From: a bacterium
GTDB lineage: Bacteria; UBA8248; JACPRG01; G963555815
Direction of reading: 5' to 3'
Assembly (NCBI GenBank): GCA_965218795.1
Contig: OZ244653.1
Span: 3,744,001-3,808,000, forward strand
Length of the DNA stretch: 64,000 bases
Shown one piece after another: positions 10,048 through 19,819 of this stretch. How positions within the stretch are numbered: position 1 is the stretch's first letter; each line of letters starts with the position of its first letter. A program made the position numbers and the translations under genes. The notes under the pieces were generated by a model. It did not search any database. It saw only the letters and a list, made by a program, of their open reading frames with translations, and was not told the origin of the DNA.

Positions 10048-10604
10048 CGCAAGCGCGCCGGTGGGGCCGGGTTCCCAAGGCGTCGCGTCTCCGCAACAGA
10101 CTGCTTCGCATGGATGAATTCATCTCCCTTTGTCATGCCGGCGCCGGTGTGCCCAATGAAAGACTGGCGACGGTCCTTGCAGGCCCGAGAACAGTCGGGC
10201 GAAGCGCGCAAGGAGCAAGGGCGGGAATGACAAGCAGAGGCCCTGCCCTCGAACTCGGAATATCTTCCCCTGAAAGCTCGGTCCATTGATGCGGCCCCTT
10301 CCGACATCACTCCCCCCTGCCTGTCTGCCGACTAGGCAGGCCGGCCAGGCAGGGGGGAGTGGTTGGAGCGTCGCCCTCAATGTCTCGTTATCTATCCGGC
10401 GCATTGCTCTGGGAGGGGAGTGATTACAAGGATCGACACGCGGCCCGTCATTCCTGCGAAAGCTGGAATCCAGAAAGAAACTCAGACCGTGCGGTGGCTG
10501 CATCGAGAATGACGGCGGCGGACGTGGACGTTAGCATCGGCCTGGGTGTTACCGGACTTGTGCTGAGAGTTCTGGCGTGATTCGGCTGGTTGCCCCTTGA
10601 GCCT

Positions 10605-11090
10605 TCATACGGAGAGGGAGAATGATCCGTCAGGGCCGTTGTATACGAACAGGCAATTCGCCAGCATGTCCCGCCCTATCAATGCGATCAATCCCTGGGG
10701 TTCAAGATTCGCTCCATACGCTCTTGTCGTCTCTATGTTTTGAGGGAGGCCTGAGATATTCAAGCGGCCAGCGAATATTGGCACTATCTCATTCTGATGA
10801 GTCGCTGAGGTCATTGGCCCGCTATCGACAAGGGCCAGCCCCGCTTTTTGAGCTGTCTTCTGATCAATGCAGGTCGAGCTTGCTCCCGAATCAATCAGTG
10901 CCCACCCCACAACAGGTGTCGGCGGAGTCTCGCCTTTGTCGGCGAAGGATTTGATCTGAGCTTCGAGGGGAGACAGCGTGATTTGCACTCTCGGACCAAG
11001 CTGTTGCAGGCCCGCGCCCGGAGGTGAAGGGACAGGCTCCCCATGCTGGTCCTTCCTCTGAGCTTCGACGCGTCCATTAAGGATCGGCAA
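10605..11090 (-). CDS. Retropepsin-like (clan AA) aspartyl protease
   Basis: ALIDSGASSTCID catalytic D(S/T)G motif and LIGRDML motif; TTG start overlaps the upstream gene. Confidence 0.8.
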   Translation of the reverse strand: MPILNGRVEAQRKDQHGEPVPSPPGAGLQQLGPRVQITLSPLEAQIKSFADKGETPPTPVVGWALIDSGASSTCIDQKTAQKAGLALVDSGPMTSATHQNEIVPIFAGRLNISGLPQNIETTRAYGANLEPQGLIALIGRDMLANCLFVYNGPDGSFSLSV

Positions 11091-11340
11091 CGAGCGGAAC
11101 TCCTACAGACAGCGCGGGGATGCTCGGTGCCTCCAAATCATCAGGCTGCAAGACCGACCGAACCAGAAAAGGTCCCGCCCCGAATAACTTGGCGCCATCG
11201 GTTACGCCCTGCTCATAGGTCTCGAAGGCTCCATGGATAACGTTCCCTTTGATGAGCAAGTACTTCCCCGGATATTTTTCTGCAAGTTCCGGTTGATTCG
11301 CCCTCAGATATACCTTCTCTTCAGCAAGGGGATCCGTCAT
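11077..11340 (-). CDS. DUF5678-like small protein
   Basis: YLRANQPELAEKYPGKYLLIKGNVIHGAFETYEQG...GPFLVRSV pattern; coupled to the protease gene. Confidence 0.7.
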   Translation of the reverse strand: MTDPLAEEKVYLRANQPELAEKYPGKYLLIKGNVIHGAFETYEQGVTDGAKLFGAGPFLVRSVLQPDDLEAPSIPALSVGVPLVADP

Positions 11341-11821
11341 TTGTCCATCTCCCGTCCCGCGTCCTGTGCTCCTGCAATGTGTTTTGATTGGCATATTCAG
11401 GACATTCAACCCCGTTGGGTTATTGGAGTCAACAAGCTATTGCTCGCCGGCCGGGCCGCCGGCGTAGGCTGACAGGAATCTCAGGCCGTGTGGCGGCTAC
11501 ATCGGGACGGCGGCAAGCAAGACGCCTTCGACCGTCTTCTCCCCCCGACGGGCGCGGCTGCGGACTTTGTCCTTGCCTGAGTGCCCCCCCACCGCATCAG
11601 CCTTCGCCTGACGGCTCGGCTTCTCCCCCCCTCAAGGGGGGGTGATTTGCGAGGGCGGATTCACCGTTTCGAACGATCAGACAGGCAGACGCAAGGCCGG
11701 TTCGTCCGGCGGTCGGGCGTTGCCGTTTTCTACATGGGAACTGGGAACGATGGGAGCGGATTGCGGGTTCTTCCTCACGCCGTACGACTAAGGAAAGGGC
11801 CGCCGGTGGGAGGGCAGCCGC

Positions 11822-12061
11822 CTAATTCGCCGGGGCCGGTCCCGTGCGCGCGATGAGCTCCTTCAGGGCCGTCATCGACTCGGCGTGAGCCGCTTCGTGA
11901 GCTTCCATGGTCTCGGCGTGGGCCTGCATGTACTCGGCGTGGCGTCTTTCGCCTTCCTGGTTCCGGCGTTCGCTCGTCACCAGCATGGTCCGCAGCCCAT
12001 AGGCGATCAGCGCGCATTGAACGATGCCGATGAGCGAAGCGGTCCATTCGTAGATCGTCAT
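11822..12061 (-). CDS. Small membrane-anchored His/Met-rich protein, copy 2 (79 aa)
   Basis: Paralog of 2967-3173 with an expanded HAExM segment; same RBS and upstream region. Confidence 0.75.
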   Translation of the reverse strand: MTIYEWTASLIGIVQCALIAYGLRTMLVTSERRNQEGERRHAEYMQAHAETMEAHEAAHAESMTALKELIARTGPAPAN

Positions 12062-12590
12062 CTGATTCTCTCCTCGCCGGCGTCCATTCGCCGCCGTTCA
12101 CTCACTGATAATATATGACGTTTTCAGTTCTCATCAACAGGCCGCCCCCTTTTCAGGGCCGTCGGTGAGGCGAGCGACGAAGTCCGAAGCCGAGTCGGTG
12201 GGGGGGGTGGACAGGTGAGGGGGACATCGGACGCCGACGCACCCGGCAAGCTCTAAGCATCGCTTATGCCCGCCTTCCTTCAGGGGAGAAAAGGTCCCCG
12301 GAAACGTCGATGCAAGGGCGTTGCAAAGCCCGTGCACGGGTCTTGCACGCGGGCCGGGCAGGTCGGGGAACACGCCGGTGGACACCCCCCACCGCATCAG
12401 CCTTCGCCTGGCGGCTCGGCTTCTCCCCCCCTCAAAGGGGGGAGTGGTTGTTAGGACCGCTCGTCCGTCATTCCTGCGTGTTGCAAGCAGGAATCCACAA
12501 TCAAGGGGGGGAGAGGAGCGGGCGTGGGGTTGCGGGTTCTTCCTCACGCCATACGACTAAGGAAAGGACCGCCGGTGGGAGGGCAGCCGC

Positions 12591-12812
12591 CTAATTCGCC
12601 GGGGCCGGTCCCGTGCGCGCGATGAGCTCCTTCAGGGCCGTCATCGACTCGGCGTGAGCCGATTTGTAAGCCTCCATCGCCTCGGCGTGGCGTCTTTCGC
12701 CTTCCTGGTTCCGGCGTTCGCTCGTCACCAGCATGGTCCGCAGCCCATAGGCGATCAGCGCGCATTGAAGGATGCCGATGATATTCGCAGCGATCCATTC
12801 GTACATCGTCAT
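12591..12812 (-). CDS. Small membrane-anchored His/Met-rich protein, copy 3 (73 aa)
   Basis: Paralog about 769 bp from copy 2, with shared flanks. Confidence 0.75.
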   Translation of the reverse strand: MTMYEWIAANIIGILQCALIAYGLRTMLVTSERRNQEGERRHAEAMEAYKSAHAESMTALKELIARTGPAPAN

Positions 12813-12916
12813 CTTTTCCTATCCTCGCCCGCGTTCATTCGCCGCCATTCATTCACTGATAATATATGGCGTTTTCGGATGGCGTCCCGCTTCGCCGACG
12901 GCATGGTCGTCGGCAC

Positions 12917-13403
12917 CCTGAATCTTCCCCATCTTTTCAGAAACCGGCCGTGTTTTCAAGTCCGTTCAAATCCCTGGTTACGGCCCGTTAACCCCCGATT
13001 TACGGGCCTTTTTCCATGATGGCGATGATATGCCCGACGCGCGCCGTCGCGGAGGATGGCGAATTCCCGATCCCCTGGTTCCCGCCCGCCCCGCCTGGCG
13101 TGCAGCCGTTGCCGGTCGGTGCACACGCCCGTCATTCCCACGGAGGCAACCGGAGCCTGTCACCCCGGCAGGCTTCAGGCCGGGGTCCACTTTCTGGATT
13201 CCCGCGTGCGCGGGAATGACAAGCAGAGGCCCTGCCCTCGAACGGTCATCCCCGAAGGTGGTAGTCGGGGGGTCCAGGGGCAGAAACCGCCCCATCCCCC
13301 ATCCCGTTTTACCCCTGCAACACCCGTCCGTCATTCCTGCGTGCTTCAGGCAGGAATCCAGGAAAAACGCCAAGGGTGTATGAGGCATTGTTGGACCCCC
13401 GCC
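12917..13403. repeat. 487-bp direct repeat, copy 2
   Basis: Near-identical to 9561-10047. Confidence 0.95.
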
Positions 13404-13579
13404 GCATCAGCCTTCGCCTGTCGGCTCGGCTTCCGCGACTCCCCCTCAAGGGGAGAGTGGTTGTTGGGGCCGCCGCCACACGGTCTGTCATTCTTCCTGG
13501 ATTCCTGCTTCCGCAGGAATGACAGGATTTAGTTTTCATTCTGAGGCGAGCGACGAAGTCCGAAGCCGAGTCTGTGGAC

Positions 13580-14681
13580 ATTCCTGCTTCCGCAGGAATG
13601 ACAGGATTTAGCTCTCCGTTGAGATTTTGAGCCAGTCCGTCACCCCGGCAGGTCTCAAGCATGCCCTCGAATGCTTGAATCGGGGGCAGGGGTCCACTTT
13701 CCTCTGGATTCCAGCCAATGCCTGTGGCCGCAGGTCTTCAGGAAGGTCGGGTGTGTCGGCGCACGATTACTCCCCCGCCTGTTCGTCCCCCCACCGGCTC
13801 GGCTGCGCCTTGCCGACTCCCCCTCAAGGGGGGAGTGGTTGATTAGGTTGGCCCTCCGTGTCTCATTCATCAGGCGTATGGCTCGGGGACGGGGGAGTGA
13901 TTGATAGAGCCGCCAGCCAGCCCGTCATTCCTGCGTGCCGCCGCCACACGGCCTGTCATTCTTTCTGGATTCCTGCTTCCGCAGGAATGACAGGATTTAG
14001 CTCTCCGTTGAGATTTTGAGCCAGTCCGTCACCCCGGCAGGTCTCAAGTATGCCCTCGAATGCTTAAATCGGGGGCAGGGGTCCACTTTCCTCTGGATTC
14101 CAGCCAATGCCTGTGGCCGCAGGTCTTCAGGAAGGTCGGGTGTGTCGGCGCACGATTTCTCCCCCGCCTGTTCGTCCCCCCACCGGCTCGGCTGCGCCTT
14201 GCCGACTCCCCCTCAAGGGGGGAGTGGTTGATTAGGTTGGCCCTCGGTGTCTCATTCATCCGGCGTATGGCTCGGGGACGGGGGAGTGGTTGTTGGGGCC
14301 GCCAGCCAGCCCGTCATTCCTGCGTGCATCCGCCACACGGCCTGTCATCCTTCCTGGATTCCTGCTTCCGCAGGAATGACAGGATTTAGCTCTCCGTTGA
14401 GATTTTGAACCGGTCCGTCACCCCTGCAAGTTTCAAGCATGCCCTCGAATGCTTGAATCGGGGGCAGGGGTCCACTTTCCTCTGGATTCCAGCCAATGCC
14501 TGTGGCCGCAGGTCTTCAGGAAGGTCGGGTGTGTTGGCGCACGATTTCTCCCCCGCCTGTTCGTCCCCCCACCGGCTCGGCTGCGCCTTGCCGACTCCCC
14601 CTCAAGGGGGGAGTGGTTGATTAGGTTGGCCCTCGGTGTCTCATTCATCCGGCGTATGGCTCGGGGACGGGGGAGTGGTTG
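13580..14681. repeat. 389-bp tandem repeat, about 3 copies (plus a partial unit from ~13470)
   Basis: Period 389 (ATTCCTGCTTCCGCAGGAATGACAGGATTTAGCTCTCCGTTGAG recurs at ~13580, 13969, 14358); few substitutions between units. Confidence 0.95.
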
Positions 14682-14756
14682 AAGGAATGATGCGCGGGCG
14701 GGCAGGGGAGAGGGTGCGGCGGGGGTGAGTTTGCGGGTTCTTCCTGGACGCCGGAC

Positions 14757-14790
14757 AAAAAAAGGAGGGCGGCCGATTGGCCGCCCTCCT
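14757..14790 (-). terminator. Rho-independent terminator of the TbpB-like gene
   Basis: AGGAGGGCGGCC-AATC-GGCCGCCCTCCT followed by a T-run on the minus strand. Confidence 0.85.
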
Positions 14791-14831
14791 CGTCGTTATG
14801 TCTTGAAGCGATGTGCTTCCAGCTTCTACTA

Positions 14832-16871
14832 CTACTCCTTCTCAGCGCCGAACGCGCCGACCATCCGGCCGATTGTGCTGAACTCGGAATAGAACGTGCC
14901 GGTTACACTGGTCGGGATGTTGCTGCCATCGCCGACCGGGGCGTTTCCGGGCTTCTCGTCGTACATCTGCCCGCTCCAAGTGCCAGACTCCGCCGCCTTG
15001 TTGCCGTCGATGGACCAGACGGTGCCTTCGGCAGTGGTGTTGGTCGTGTCAGCCGTTGACGTAAACGCGCCATTAGTACCCCACTGTGCACGGTTCAAAG
15101 TGACACTCCACGGCACCGACTTATCGTTGGCCATGAAGTTGTCGATCGTTCCGGAAACGCCTCCGTTGTTTGGAGCATCGTTCGTCCCGAACTTGGCGGT
15201 CAGGGTAGCGTCCGCCGTGAAGTGGCCGCCGTCGCCGGTGCCATCAACCGGGTTGTTCATGGCGAATTTGCCGGCGGCGTGGCCGGCATAGGTGGCGCTG
15301 CCTGTGACCGCCGACTCGGGATCGTCAGTCAGAGCGTCAATCATGCCTCCTATGCCAGTAAACGCGCTGGCCGCCGTCGGCATGCCGTCCTTGTCCTTGC
15401 TCACCCACCAGCCGTAATACAGGTAGTTGGCATCGGGTTGATGCGCCATCGCATTGGCACCGGCGTCGGGCTTGAAATGCCAGGTTCCACCCAATTCGCT
15501 CGGGCTGCCCTTGTCGTCGTTGGCCGAGGAGCAAGTCCCCGTGCAACGGTACCTCCCCGGTGCGCCGTCGTAGGTGCCGCGGGTGTAGAACGCGTTACTC
15601 TCGTCGGGTATCGGGTGATTCTGCGTTCCCGAGTGCGCGAAGGCGGTGGCCATGACGTACGTGAGGTTTTCGTCGATCACCTCCACGTAACCCTTGTTCG
15701 GGCCATCTGCTGTTATGATGATATGTCCTGCATCGGCAAAGGACACCGTCTTCCCTGATCCCTTGTTCGTGTACACCACTGCCGCGTTCATCACCTTCGT
15801 ACCGGCGTCCGTGTGGGCGTAGTTCATGCCGTTCCAGGACCCCAGCGCCCCGGCGGAATCGCCAGCCTTGAGGATCGCGACGGGCGGGGTCACGCCGGTA
15901 GCGTGCGCTCCCGCGCCGGCAGCGGCGGTAACCGTGAGATCTGTCGCCCCTAAGGCTACTGTGGCGTTATCCAGCGCGGTCGTGTTGGCCGTATCGGTCC
16001 CCGCCAGCGCCGCGTACATGGCCTTGCCTGTGTCGGCCATGGCCTTCATGTCCGCCATGTTCTTCTTGTCTATGGCAAGGTCTATGGCAACCATGCGGCT
16101 CTTCTTGGCGCTGGAAAGCTGGCCCCCAAGCGTGTCGAGCGTTCCTTGGGCGCTGGCAACGTCAGCATCGCCTTCGGGAAGGTCTTCCGCGCCGCCAATC
16201 GCTGCCTTGAGAGCGGCAACCGCATTGTCGGCCGCCGTCACCTGAGCATCGGTGGCGTCATCGTCCACCATGTTGACCGCTGACCGGGCCGCCGTGACGG
16301 CGTTTGAGATATCCGTGCGCTGCGCCATCATCCGCCCTGCGGTGTCGAGACCGGTCTGCGCCATTCGCACGGCTTCGCCGGCCGTGTCGAGCTGCGACTG
16401 GTATATGGCCTTGTCGGCGTCGCTCACGTCGTCCGCTGCGTCCAGCGCCGCCTGAAGCGCGACGATGGCGGTGTTCGCAGCGGCGATGGCTTCCGCAGTC
16501 GACAAGTCGGACGTGTCGACCATGTCGGCGGCCGTCATCAGCGCTTGCTTTTGATCCGCTTGCCGAGTCATTGCCATCAGCGCATCGACGCGGGAGTCGA
16601 CCGCGGCTTGCAGCTTCTCGCCCTCTGCGGCGGTGACGTCGTCTTTAACCGCGTCGTAAGCCGCCTGGGCGTCTTCCGCCGTCTCGGCTCCCGCGATGGC
16701 CGCTTTTGCCTTCTTGTACGCCGTCGGCTCAGGCATCGTCATACCATCACCGTCCATGTCGGCCGTGCTGGTGCTGCTGCCGCCGCCGCAGCCCGCCACG
16801 GTAACCGCGAACAGGAGCGCCAGCGCAACCACGTGAAATTTGCTGATCGACTTCTTCAAACAGAACAACAT
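14832..16871 (-). CDS. TbpB-like surface lipoprotein (probable Slam substrate)
   Basis: GGAGG RBS; lipobox VAG-C followed by GGGSS; Ala-rich helical stalk; C-terminal TbpB barrel motifs GSATYAGHAAGKFA, FTADATLTAKF, MVGAFGA. Confidence 0.85.
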   Translation of the reverse strand: MLFCLKKSISKFHVVALALLFAVTVAGCGGGSSTSTADMDGDGMTMPEPTAYKKAKAAIAGAETAEDAQAAYDAVKDDVTAAEGEKLQAAVDSRVDALMAMTRQADQKQALMTAADMVDTSDLSTAEAIAAANTAIVALQAALDAADDVSDADKAIYQSQLDTAGEAVRMAQTGLDTAGRMMAQRTDISNAVTAARSAVNMVDDDATDAQVTAADNAVAALKAAIGGAEDLPEGDADVASAQGTLDTLGGQLSSAKKSRMVAIDLAIDKKNMADMKAMADTGKAMYAALAGTDTANTTALDNATVALGATDLTVTAAAGAGAHATGVTPPVAILKAGDSAGALGSWNGMNYAHTDAGTKVMNAAVVYTNKGSGKTVSFADAGHIIITADGPNKGYVEVIDENLTYVMATAFAHSGTQNHPIPDESNAFYTRGTYDGAPGRYRCTGTCSSANDDKGSPSELGGTWHFKPDAGANAMAHQPDANYLYYGWWVSKDKDGMPTAASAFTGIGGMIDALTDDPESAVTGSATYAGHAAGKFAMNNPVDGTGDGGHFTADATLTAKFGTNDAPNNGGVSGTIDNFMANDKSVPWSVTLNRAQWGTNGAFTSTADTTNTTAEGTVWSIDGNKAAESGTWSGQMYDEKPGNAPVGDGSNIPTSVTGTFYSEFSTIGRMVGAFGAEKE

Positions 16872-16892
16872 AGAGTGAGTCCTCCCCGTTCT

Positions 16893-16969
16893 CGTGATAA
16901 GGCCCCTGTGACTAGGCCCCTCTGAAAAGGCCCCCGTGAAAAGGCCCCCCGTGAGAAGGCCCTCCGTGA
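16893..16969. repeat. Five 14-15 bp tandem units (xAGGCCCCnGTGA) just upstream of the lipoprotein RBS
   Basis: TAAGGCCCCTGTGA, CTAGGCCCCTCTGA, AAAGGCCCCCGTGA, AAAGGCCCCCCGTGA, GAAGGCCCTCCGTGA. Confidence 0.85.
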
Positions 16970-17873
16970 GACTCGCTAGCGTCAATTTACCACCTTTTGT
17001 CATCGTGTCAAAGCCTTTGTCATGGAGTCGAAGTCCATGCCGCGCCTGCCGGCCGTGAGGCTGAAACTTCTCGCCGCCCGCCCGATGCGCGCGGAATCCG
17101 TTTTTCATTGCGACAAAACCATGAACCCTTTCTTCTGACTTACCACACCCGTTTCGTCGATTCAACCTCCTTTCCCTTGCCGGCTTTCCGACTCCCATGA
17201 CCGTCTTACCGAAACTTCGCGCCGGCCGCCCGATGCGGCCGGAATCTTTTTTTACTGAAATGGAATGCTGAATCGTCTCTTGATCTACCATATCCGTTTC
17301 GTCGGTTCAACCTTTTTTTGGCCCGGATGAGGTTGAGGCCGAGAGGCTGAACAACCTGGTTCCATGACTTCCTGATACGCGCCTGAAAAGCCCATGAAGC
17401 CCGCGATGCCTGAACCGCCGCCGGCCCGAGGGCCGCGCGAACAGGTTGGAATTCTATCGCCCTTCAAAAACAGTTGACGGACCCTGCGTCATTCCGCGGG
17501 GGGGCGTTTGCTGAATGGACGTATTAATTTGCTACATCCTCACGTATAAAGTCAACCCCTTTCTCGGCTCCGGCGGGCGAACCCTCACCCCTGCAACACC
17601 CACACGTCATTTCTCCGGGGATGCCGACCAGAGCCGCGCCGGTCTCTCCGCCCGTGATTCCTGCACAACCCCCGGCCCGTCATTCCCGCGGAAGCGGGAA
17701 TCCACTTCAGCAGAGAATCCCCAATACCCTGGATTCCTGCCGAAGCCTGTCTCTGACCATCTTCTACCAGCTACCTATGCCTGCCCCTTTTGTTATATCG
17801 AAGACTTTGGGTGCGGACAGGCCCTTTCCCGACTGCGTAACATGATGGATGAATGATCGTCAGGGGATTGGGG

Positions 17874-17935
17874 ATGACAAAAGCGGTGCTCTTCGATTTC
17901 GGCGGCGCTTTGGATTCCGACGGAATCCAAAGTGC
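17874..17935 (+). pseudogene. 5' stub of a HAD-family hydrolase, truncated by an IS end
   Basis: MTKAVLFDFGGALDSDGI (HAD motif I variant) runs straight into the IS terminal repeat. Confidence 0.6.
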
Positions 17936-18700
17936 GGTAGTGTCTCAGTTTGAATCCCGCTTATCAATCAGCTCCACGATCCACCTCACATCATGAAGCG
18001 TGTCGGTGACGCCGGCCGCCATCGCGGGGGACATTCTCAGCGTCTTGTGAATCCGGCGGAAGTTGTAATGCACGAAGTACAGGCTCAGCGTGTGCAGGTG
18101 ATTTTCCAGCTTCTTGCTGAACGCATTGGTCAACCGGGTGAACCGTCTCATGCCCATCCGCATCGAGAGGTTCCGGCGTTCGATGTGTGACGTGCTGATC
18201 CGGTCAACGTCGGGATCCCCCTGAACGCGGAACTTGCGCGTCCCGATGCAGGCGTCAGTCCCATCGCCGTATAGTTTCACCAACTGGGCAAATCCACGTC
18301 GCTTCCGAAAGCCCCCTCAACGGCTTCCAGGTACGCCTTGTGCCCGTCCGTGGTCAATTGTACCCTGTTGGCTAATCTCCCCCTCAGATTGTTCATGAAC
18401 TCCCTGGCGGTCCGCGCCGAGCGATCCCCCACCTCATAGGCTCAGGATCATCTTGCTGTCGCTGTCGAGGGCGCTCCAGGTCCAAACGTCTCCAGCGCCT
18501 TCAGGAGCGGATTTGGCACTGGGGACGTTCTTGGCCTTTGCGTAGCAGAAAGACCAGATCTCATCGCACTGTACGCGCTGAGCCTTCACTTCCCGCACGG
18601 TCTCGTCGTGATAAGCCGCACACGCCTTGCCAGCGTCAACCAATAGCTTTGTCACGGTGTTGATGGAGACGCCCACCGTGCGACTGATAGAGCGCATGAA
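17936..18700 (-). mobile_element. IS1-family transposase remnant (frameshifted, 5'-truncated) with terminal inverted repeat
   Basis: MRSISRTVGVSINTV, VQCDEIWSF, QLTTDGHKAY, STSHIERRNLSMRMGMRRFTRLTNAFSKK; frameshifts near 18436 and 18292; end GGTAGTGTCTCAGTTTGAA at 17936. Confidence 0.85.
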
Positions 18701-18884
18701 TCCCAATCTAGCAAGCATTATTATCAGTTAATTGGTATTGGGTTTACCGAATAGGGATGTTAAATGCCAAAAAGATGTAAAGGGAAAAGCGCCCTCACCG
18801 GGTGGGAACCCAGGGATGGCTTATGGGACTGGATATTCAAATAGGACAAGGCGCCCCTCTTGAAAATGGCGATTCTAGAAGCTT

Positions 18885-19331
18885 TTATTTCGTGACACGC
18901 CTCATGAACAGGACCGGCACTCCGTAAGCAGGTCCATTCACGTCCTCCAATTTCATATGCTCAATGTCTTCAAGGGGTCCAAGCTTGCTCGTCCACCGTC
19001 CATTGCTCAGTTGCTTGGCCGCATGCGTGGGAACAAGGTCTCCGCTGACATCACGCCGAGCAAACAGCGCCGCCTTTTCGTACCTTTCCTCCAAGGCGCC
19101 GTCTTGGCATTCTTCATACCCAAGTGTTGCGAATGCGGCCACAAATGCGGACAGAGACTCTTCTCTGGGAACACCCTGAGGCCAAAAGCCCTTATTGTTC
19201 GGCCACCACCACTGAGTGTCAGAATCAGCCGCCCAAGCGATGCAATTATAACGTTTCTTGCACGGGCTCGTTATACGGTGATTCTGGGAATCAAGGTTCG
19301 GCAAGCAACCGTGCTTCCAACTACCAGACAT
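18885..19331 (-). CDS. Uncharacterised protein with YNCxxW...HAA...WTSKLG motifs (DUF7689-like; possible papain-like Cys/His enzyme)
   Basis: 148 aa; RYNCIAWAA, THAAKQL, WTSKLGPLEDIEH; overlaps the upstream gene. Confidence 0.7.
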   Translation of the reverse strand: MSGSWKHGCLPNLDSQNHRITSPCKKRYNCIAWAADSDTQWWWPNNKGFWPQGVPREESLSAFVAAFATLGYEECQDGALEERYEKAALFARRDVSGDLVPTHAAKQLSNGRWTSKLGPLEDIEHMKLEDVNGPAYGVPVLFMRRVTK

Positions 19332-19815
19332 TCCTACCTTCCGCCCACAAAAGCCACACCTCGGCCATTTTCACTGTGTCGCCGTAAGCATCTTCTGGAA
19401 CCGGATCCTCACCTGTTATGGCCTCAAGAGCGGTAAACCAATGATCGGGGTCATCACCCTCGCGTCTGAGTTGGGCCAATATCAGAGGGAGTGCCTTTTC
19501 TCCCATGCCGATAATCTGTAAGTACGAAGTACAAGCAGTTATCTCTGAGAGAGAAGACGTGATTCCCCTCTCCGCGTGCCACTGTTCTACCTTCCGGACG
19601 AACGCGGCCTCGTCCGGAATGAGAACAGTGTGATCACGCGTCTTTGTTGTTTGATATTCGCAAGTCGTGTAACAGCCAGTTGTTTCTTCCGTCCAAACCT
19701 CTTTGTCTGTTTTTGTCCCTGAAAAGAACAAAAAAATCCAATCAAACGGGCGGTCATATCTAGGGGAAAGAAACGGTCTCGTCGCGATGAGTTCTCCGGA
19801 AAAGATAGCATCCAT
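19321..19815 (-). CDS. Conserved hypothetical helical protein (YxQIIGMG...HWFxAL motif)
   Basis: 164 aa; SYLQIIGMGEKALPLILAQL...HWFTALEAITGEDPVP. Confidence 0.7.
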   Translation of the reverse strand: MDAIFSGELIATRPFLSPRYDRPFDWIFLFFSGTKTDKEVWTEETTGCYTTCEYQTTKTRDHTVLIPDEAAFVRKVEQWHAERGITSSLSEITACTSYLQIIGMGEKALPLILAQLRREGDDPDHWFTALEAITGEDPVPEDAYGDTVKMAEVWLLWAEGRNVW

Positions 19816-19819
19816 CTCA

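Noticed and set aside
9600-10580. ORFs within repeat clusters (also 12134-12594, 12956-14682, 25936-26646)
   Set aside because: Translations of palindromic repeats (HSPLEGES, WIPACAGMT, PLSPWERVG); no RBS or family signal.
13470-14681. Possible CRISPR array or attC cassette array
   Set aside because: Whole 389-bp units are duplicated with no unique spacers; no cas or integron integrase gene in the window.
16893-16969. Mini-CRISPR
   Set aside because: Units are 14-15 bp, directly adjacent, with no spacers.
16872-17291. N-terminal 140-aa extension of the 819-aa ORF
   Set aside because: The signal peptide, lipobox and RBS place the start at 16871; the extension translates leader repeats.
18430-18440. 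Programmed frameshift in the IS1 transposase
   Set aside because: No A6C-type slippery site here; a second frameshift and 5' truncation indicate decay.
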